A stretch of 64,000 bases of DNA from Octopus sinensis. Taxonomy: Eukaryota. The stretch lies in NCBI RefSeq assembly GCF_006345805.1, contig NW_021833026.1, forward strand, positions 496,001 through 560,000, written 5' to 3'. How positions within the stretch are numbered: position 1 is the first letter of the stretch; each line of letters begins with the position of its first letter. A program made the position numbers and the translations under genes. Positions 58,958 through 64,000 of this stretch are shown here, piece after piece. The notes below the pieces were generated by a model, which saw only the letters and a program-made list of their open reading frames with translations, searched no databases and had not been told where the DNA came from.

Positions 58958-60768
58958 GTTTAAAACTTTAATTTTGCACATTTGATATATTTTTGACTTT
59001 TGATGTGTTATTGGTTTATTTATATTATGCGTAATTCATATTTAATGTTATTATGACTCATTTTTGTGTTAGTTTATTAATTTTAACATTATACAATGTC
59101 ACCGGTTTTATAGCCCACTGGGTTGGATAACCCACCTACTGCCATATTTTATAATAATAATATTTTTCATATATTTAATTTCATTGGAAAAAATGATTTT
59201 CTTAATTATTTTAATAATTTATTGTTCTTTTTTTTTAATATTTTAGCGTGAAAACTATAACTTTTTATTAATAAAGTTTAAAAACTGTGAAAATAAGTAG
59301 GGTTGTTCAATAAAGTTCAATTAGAATATGGTTCTTTTGAAATTAACGACAAACCAACTTAATGAAATAAAAAATTTTGATGACACCACTACTATATACG
59401 ATAAAGAGAAAAGGAGAAGGCTCAGGACGCTTAAAAATCGTTTTTGCTTCAAAGTTCCTGAAAAAACGTATATAAAAGTCGGAAATAAAAAACTGCGTTT
59501 TTTTACTCTAGAAGAAAGTGAGCTAAAGTTAAAAATTATTGAGGTATCTATTTCAAAACAATTGAAGATCGAGCATATGAATACTCATTTTGTTAGAGAC
59601 AGAATGCTATCGTTACTAAGAGACCAAATATATTCAGTAACAAGGGAAGAAATTTGTAGTGTGATAGGAAAATATGTCTATTGCCAAGTAATGTTGTTAA
59701 TCAGTGTTAGTCGAAAAATTTCATGGCAACAAAACCAACTATCACCCCCATAATTGCAAGAGGACCTAGAGATCGGTATATTGCAGATTTAGTGGATCTA
59801 AGGAGATATTCAAACCTTAACAGCAATTATGGATGGGCCTTTTTTTGAATAAGTCTTAGTTGGTTGTTGTAATCGACTCCTTTTCCAAATTTGCAGTGGT
59901 AAAACTTGCAAAAACGAAATCAGCTGAAGAAATAACAAGAAAGTTAAAAAAGATTTTCTTCTCAATCCGACCCCGAAAGAGATTCGGAGAGAACAGAAGA
60001 TCAAATAAATGCATTGTTAATGTTCGACGGAACAAATCCAGAACTAAGTGATGAGTCAAATTCGAATTATTTTGAAAATGACGATAAAAGAACTGAGAAA
60101 CAAGTGCATGAAAACCTTGTTAAAGCTGGAGAGAAAATGAAAAAACGTCGTAAGTGAAAACATGACGCAGAAGACATTGAAATTGGAGATACAGTGCTGC
60201 TGAAACACGACAGGGATGATAACCCTGGTAACCGTAGATACCCATTATATGACGAACTGGATATAAGTACACAGTTTCAGAAAAATTTGAAAAAACGTGT
60301 ACTATTAATAAAGATAATGGAGAAACAGTATCAAACATTTAAGTAGATTAAAAAAAATTTGATTAAAATTTTGATTTTTTTAAAAATTTTATTTATTTTA
60401 AAAATGTAAAGCACAAATGAATGATGTGTGATTTATGCAACAGGCAGAAATATAAAAACTAATAAAAAAGAAGAAAATCAAAGTTAATTATATTTTCTGA
60501 TGATTTTTAGATTATATTTATATTTTTTTGGTAGTTTTTTCGATGGTGGGTTATCCAACCCGGTGGGCTATAAAACCGGTGACATACAATATAGAAGCAA
60601 TTTTTACAATATTTTATTAATAAAAAGAAGCTAATTAATTAATTGACTAAAGTCCAGAGCTTTCGAAGTCAATATCAACTTTTACAATAAATTAGTATTT
60701 ATTTAAGACCAAATCTTTTTAAAAAATTTACAAAATAACCTAAAACTTAAATGACAGCAAAGCACGAT
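58958..60768 (+). repeat. Repeat A copy 2, split by a Ginger-like transposon
   Basis: Matches 53402-53538 plus 54444-54638. Confidence 0.9.
59097..60584 (+). mobile_element. Ginger-like (TDD/Ginger2-type) DNA transposon A, internally deleted, 1488 bp, three mini-introns
   Basis: 40-bp TIRs TGTCACCGGTTTTATAGCCCAC(T/C)GGGTTGGATAACCCACC with 1 mismatch; TGT..ACA ends; 5-bp TSD TACAA confirmed by the empty site at about 53517. Spliced ORF: HMNTH..YCQ|SKNFMATKPTITPIIARGPRDRYIADLVDL..GW|LVVVIDSFSKFA; the second D and the E of the core are deleted. Confidence 0.9.
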
Positions 60769-60789
60769 TAATTTCTATAAAATGTTAGA

Positions 60790-61175
60790 AAAAATGAACG
60801 TGCTTAGAAGCCTATCCGGTCTATGGAAAAACGGTTCCCACTCGGTACTGGCGAATATTTATTGTCAAAATGTTGAACCGTCCATTTACTAAACCTGTGG
60901 ATCATGGGGGAATCGAAAAAGTTCAACAAAGGGCCCACAGATTACCCGAAGGTTGGTCGCACGATAACAAACGCTCCGGTCCGGCTCCTCTGGAAGACCT
61001 GTCAAGCTGAATTTTAGTCTGTTTGCAAATGCCCCGACAAATGCGGCCAGCCACCTGGTGCGATCTTGTGTGGGCTCGTGGAAAGATTACCGAGCGAGGA
61101 TGAGGTTGAGTTCATCGGGATCACGTGACGTTCGTTCGGTTTTTACTGTGGTCTTGGTGTTTTAATAAATAAGAT
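60790..61175 (+). mobile_element. LINE 3' fragment (ORF2 end plus 3' UTR, A-rich tail)
   Basis: KMNVLRSLSGLWKNGSHSVLANIYCQNVEPSI; 3' UTR motif shared with 48040-48110. Confidence 0.68.
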
Positions 61176-61179
61176 AAAA

Positions 61180-61360
61180 TACATAGGAATTCTCTCTAGC
61201 AGGCATCGTCATGCCTGGTTTTGTGTGCCCGTGATTGAAGTGAAAATATTGAAATCGGGGTTAATGTTCAATCAAAAAAGGTTGACTATACACCGGAAAT
61301 ACAGTAGTAATTTCTTTTGTAAATTATGAATGTTATGTTGTGAAATTTTGTCTTATTTAT
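61180..61360 (+). repeat. Repeat B copy 2
   Basis: Direct repeat of 56042-56225. Confidence 0.92.
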
Positions 61361-61384
61361 ATCAATAAAAATAGATTCAGTCAT

Positions 61385-61660
61385 CCAAGCTTTCTGTAAG
61401 CTATATTATGAGACTTTTAAACACTTCAGACTAGACATTCATAGTCAAAATTTCTAAAGAATCTAGGCATTTTTGGTTTTCCCTGGTTTTAATTTATGAT
61501 CTCCGGTCATATTTGAACAAAGCATAATAGACAAACGGTCTTTAAAATTTTTGTTTCCTTGGAATCGGTTTTTGCATATGGTTTTCGATGGAATAAGCTT
61601 GCAGTATAATGCAGTTTCATCCAAATTATAGATTTGATCAGCCTTTACAATTTAGCAATT
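61385..61660 (-). mobile_element. pogo/Tigger DDE fragment (intronless relative of 51654-52545)
   Basis: ADQIYNLDETALYCKLIPSKTIC..KDRLSIMLCSNMTGDHKLKP..KAWM. Confidence 0.82.
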
Positions 61661-62799
61661 TTTAAAATTCTTGACAAAAAAAATTATCAAATGTGAGAAT
61701 CTTTGCTTCCTTGTAGTTTATAATTTGTGTTTTTTTTATAAAAAGTGAGGCAAATATAACGTACACGAGAAATTTTATAAAACATTGCGCAATTTTGTTT
61801 CAAACATAGCGCAATTGAGATACGTCTGACTTTGAGCAAAGTTTGCACAATGTATTTAACCAGAAAATTCTGTCCCAGCTCCTTTGGCCTGAATGAATCG
61901 CAGGGAAACTAACCCCAAACACAAAATACGCCAAGCGGAGGAATATCCCGAAAGTGCGTTTAGTTTGAAAAAGGAAAATAGAATTGAGAAAACAGAATCT
62001 CTGGAAACCGAGGTGGAAAAAGATAGCATGCCAGGACCACTTCAAAATTACCCGGAAAGCTAGAGATATCTTCCTGGAGGAGTTTGCTTTGATCTGCATA
62101 AGATAAATGTACGTTTGCGAATTTGTTTCTTTTAGAGTGTGCCTCATTACTACGGGGCTACAAGAGACGAACAGTTGATCAGAGTTGAACTCTGAATCAA
62201 CAAAAGATGCGATCTTTATTCCGCTAAGCAGAAGAAACGTGTTTAATGAATAAATATGACCTGCTTTCGGGTGAATTATCATTGATTCATAATGCTACAA
62301 TAAATATTGTACCTTTGGGCTAGGATGGTATTGTGAACAATTTTTACAAGCACCATCAGAATACTTTCAGTGTAGGTAATTCAATCAACCCGTATACTGT
62401 GATAAGAAAGATTATGCAGGTTAAATACAGAAATGAGTGGATTGACAGGGATGAATGTCAACAAATTGATGTCAATTAAGAAAGACACTTCAAGAGACGA
62501 TACTACGAGCACAATGATGTGAAACTAAGAAGTGGACAGAAAGACTCGTAACTCCAAGTATGAGTCGTCGTGATAGGGAAAAGACGGCAAGGATAGTGGC
62601 CCAGTACCTCATAAAGTAAAAATGCGAATTGAAAATTCCATTGAAATCTCATAACTTAGCTAACTAGTGTTTTAAATTCTCATTTTAATATAATTTAAGT
62701 CTAGAATTGAAAATCAGATGGTCGCATGAAAAAAGTTCAAAATTCATTTAAGAAAATATACTTTATAAGGAGTTGACTCACATGATAAAGGGAATTATG

Positions 62800-63070
62800 A
62801 ATATAATAAAGTAAACTCTGAAAAGCTCACCCAAATATATCCAGGTAAATTTCCACATTGAAATAAAGAAAACTATTATGTAATATCAATCGCCAATAAA
62901 CTTAATATTAACAAACAAAAAAAATAGTCAAAAATTCCAACTTTAAAAGCAAAGTCTAAACAACCTACAAAATAGGTAAAAACACGAGACTCAATAATGT
63001 ATATTGAGACCTCGTGCCTACAAATGTAAGATAACATACCTGACTATAAACCTCTCTTGTTCGACAACTC
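62800..63070 (-). pseudogene. Eroded remnant of the GNL3/Nug1 GTPase-domain start
   Basis: Two canonical 22- and 21-nt introns; RFIVR|HEVSIYIIESR|CL aligns to SDVVLEVLDARDP; WIYLGELF resembles WLxYLxKELP; stops follow. Confidence 0.45.
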
Positions 63071-63156
63071 TAGTGATAATTTAATGTAAAATAGCAAATA
63101 GGAATATATTATTCAATTCAAATATATTTTAAAATATCAGAAAATGATAAAAATGT

Positions 63157-63478
63157 TTATGAAGTGATCGCCTTGATCGCATTCTTTTTGGCATCACTTT
63201 TCTGTTTTTTTAGAGTGTTGATCCTTTCCCTCTCAGCACATGCTTCTTCTAGAACTTTGATTTTTGCAGGAAAACGAGCAGGGACGCCTGGATCCTTTGG
63301 CCGTCTGGCTAAAAATATAAAATAAATGAATACATTTTGTTAAACGTTTTTTGTGGTCTCGATTAACTTTTTTTCGATGTTGACGAGCTTTTTTTCGAAT
63401 CATTCTTCCTACTTTATAGGACGAACATTTGTTTTCTACGAATATACAAATTACAATTAACAAACTCAGTTTCCGCAT
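63157..63478 (-). CDS. GNL3/nucleostemin-like N-terminal (GN3L_Grn1) domain-only protein, 88 aa, two mini-introns
   Basis: Spliced: MRKLKNKCSSYKVGRMIRKKARQHRKKVNRDHKKRLTKSRRPKDPGVPARFPAKIKVLEEACAERERINTLKKQKSDAKKNAIKAITS-TAA. KDPGVP..FP.K..LEEA is the GNL3/Nug1 signature. Confidence 0.8.
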
Positions 63479-63764
63479 CACAAGACTATATAAAAACGTG
63501 CTCCTATTATTAATTATAAATATTATTAATTTAAAATTAAATTATATTTTTATTGATAAAAATTCCCAAGTTTACTTGAATTTATACTTTCATATATCAC
63601 CATCGGGTCTTTTTCCTTTAGGGCATCTTGATAGCATCAATTTAAAATCATTGATATTGGATCATAACTAATTATATTAATTTTTGTTTAAATCTAAAAA
63701 AATAAATAATAAATTACAGGCAAACAAATTGAAATTTTTTGTCATTGATTTGTTTCTTGTTAGT

Positions 63765-64000
63765 ATGGAGGCAATTCAGGCAGAGTTAGATCAAATAGAA
63801 GAAAAGAAGATCAAAGATACCGCCAATGTTATAACACACATGCAATCTATATTTTATAACATAATCCGAGCTCGGTCTCGCCTCATCAAGAAAATACCCA
63901 ATTTTTGGCACAACGTGGTTGGGTTTCCAGTCTCAAATGGTTTAGTTCCTCAATTTTCCACAAACAAAATCATTATTGACCACTGAAGACAAGGAATTGC
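63765..64000 (+). CDS. SET/TSPY (NAP-family) histone chaperone, 5' part, runs off the right edge
   Basis: MEAIQAELDQIEEK..RARSRLIKKIPNFWHNV|FLNFPQTKSLLTTEDKEL matches SET-type [26 protein letters not shown]; 28-nt intron. True start may lie upstream. Confidence 0.85.

Noticed and set aside
61800-62620. 160-aa minus-strand ORF and adjoining coding-like DNA
   Set aside because: No convincing motif; possibly a decayed retroelement N-terminus, but too weak to call.
63233-63481. Secreted basic peptide with signal sequence (ORF-track MMRKLSLLIVICIFVE..)
   Set aside because: The hydrophobic stretch is read-through of an in-frame 30-nt GT-AG intron; the spliced product is the GN3L domain.

Overview
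AT-rich eukaryotic nuclear DNA, not prokaryotic: no operons, rRNA, true tRNA or CRISPR array were seen. Genes are compact and split by very short spliceosomal introns (those I traced are about 21-35 nt), so the ORF track shows only fragments. A PIWI-clade Argonaute, a SPATA1-like gene and the mini-introns suggest a genome-reduced ciliated animal parasite, possibly a dicyemid-type mesozoan; this is inference only. Reconstructed host genes: soluble pyrophosphatase, histidine acid phosphatase, EXOSC4/RRP41, SPATA1-like, a tiny bZIP, Piwi, UTP20, DDX1, an unknown multi-exon gene, a GNL3/nucleostemin N-domain-only gene and a partial SET/NAP gene. An IGHMBP2-like helicase and a proteasome-beta-like gene appear to be decaying. 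A large part of the window is mobile DNA: many CRE-clade RLE retrotransposon copies, an APE-type LINE with intact ORF2, R4/Dong-like relics, a tRNA-derived SINE, an intact Buster hAT, two Ginger-like integrase transposons, pogo/Tigger and Merlin relics. Best leads: (1) DNA transposases carrying host-sized mini-introns, (2) a slippery heptamer flanked by three hairpins at the LINE ORF1/ORF2 overlap, (3) relaxed splice-site rules (GAG/AAG acceptors, GC donors), (4) a GNL3 gene reduced to an 88-aa N-domain protein. Single-base indels in otherwise intact housekeeping genes suggest some assembly error, so isolated frameshifts are treated cautiously. All homology calls are from motif recognition by eye, not database searches.
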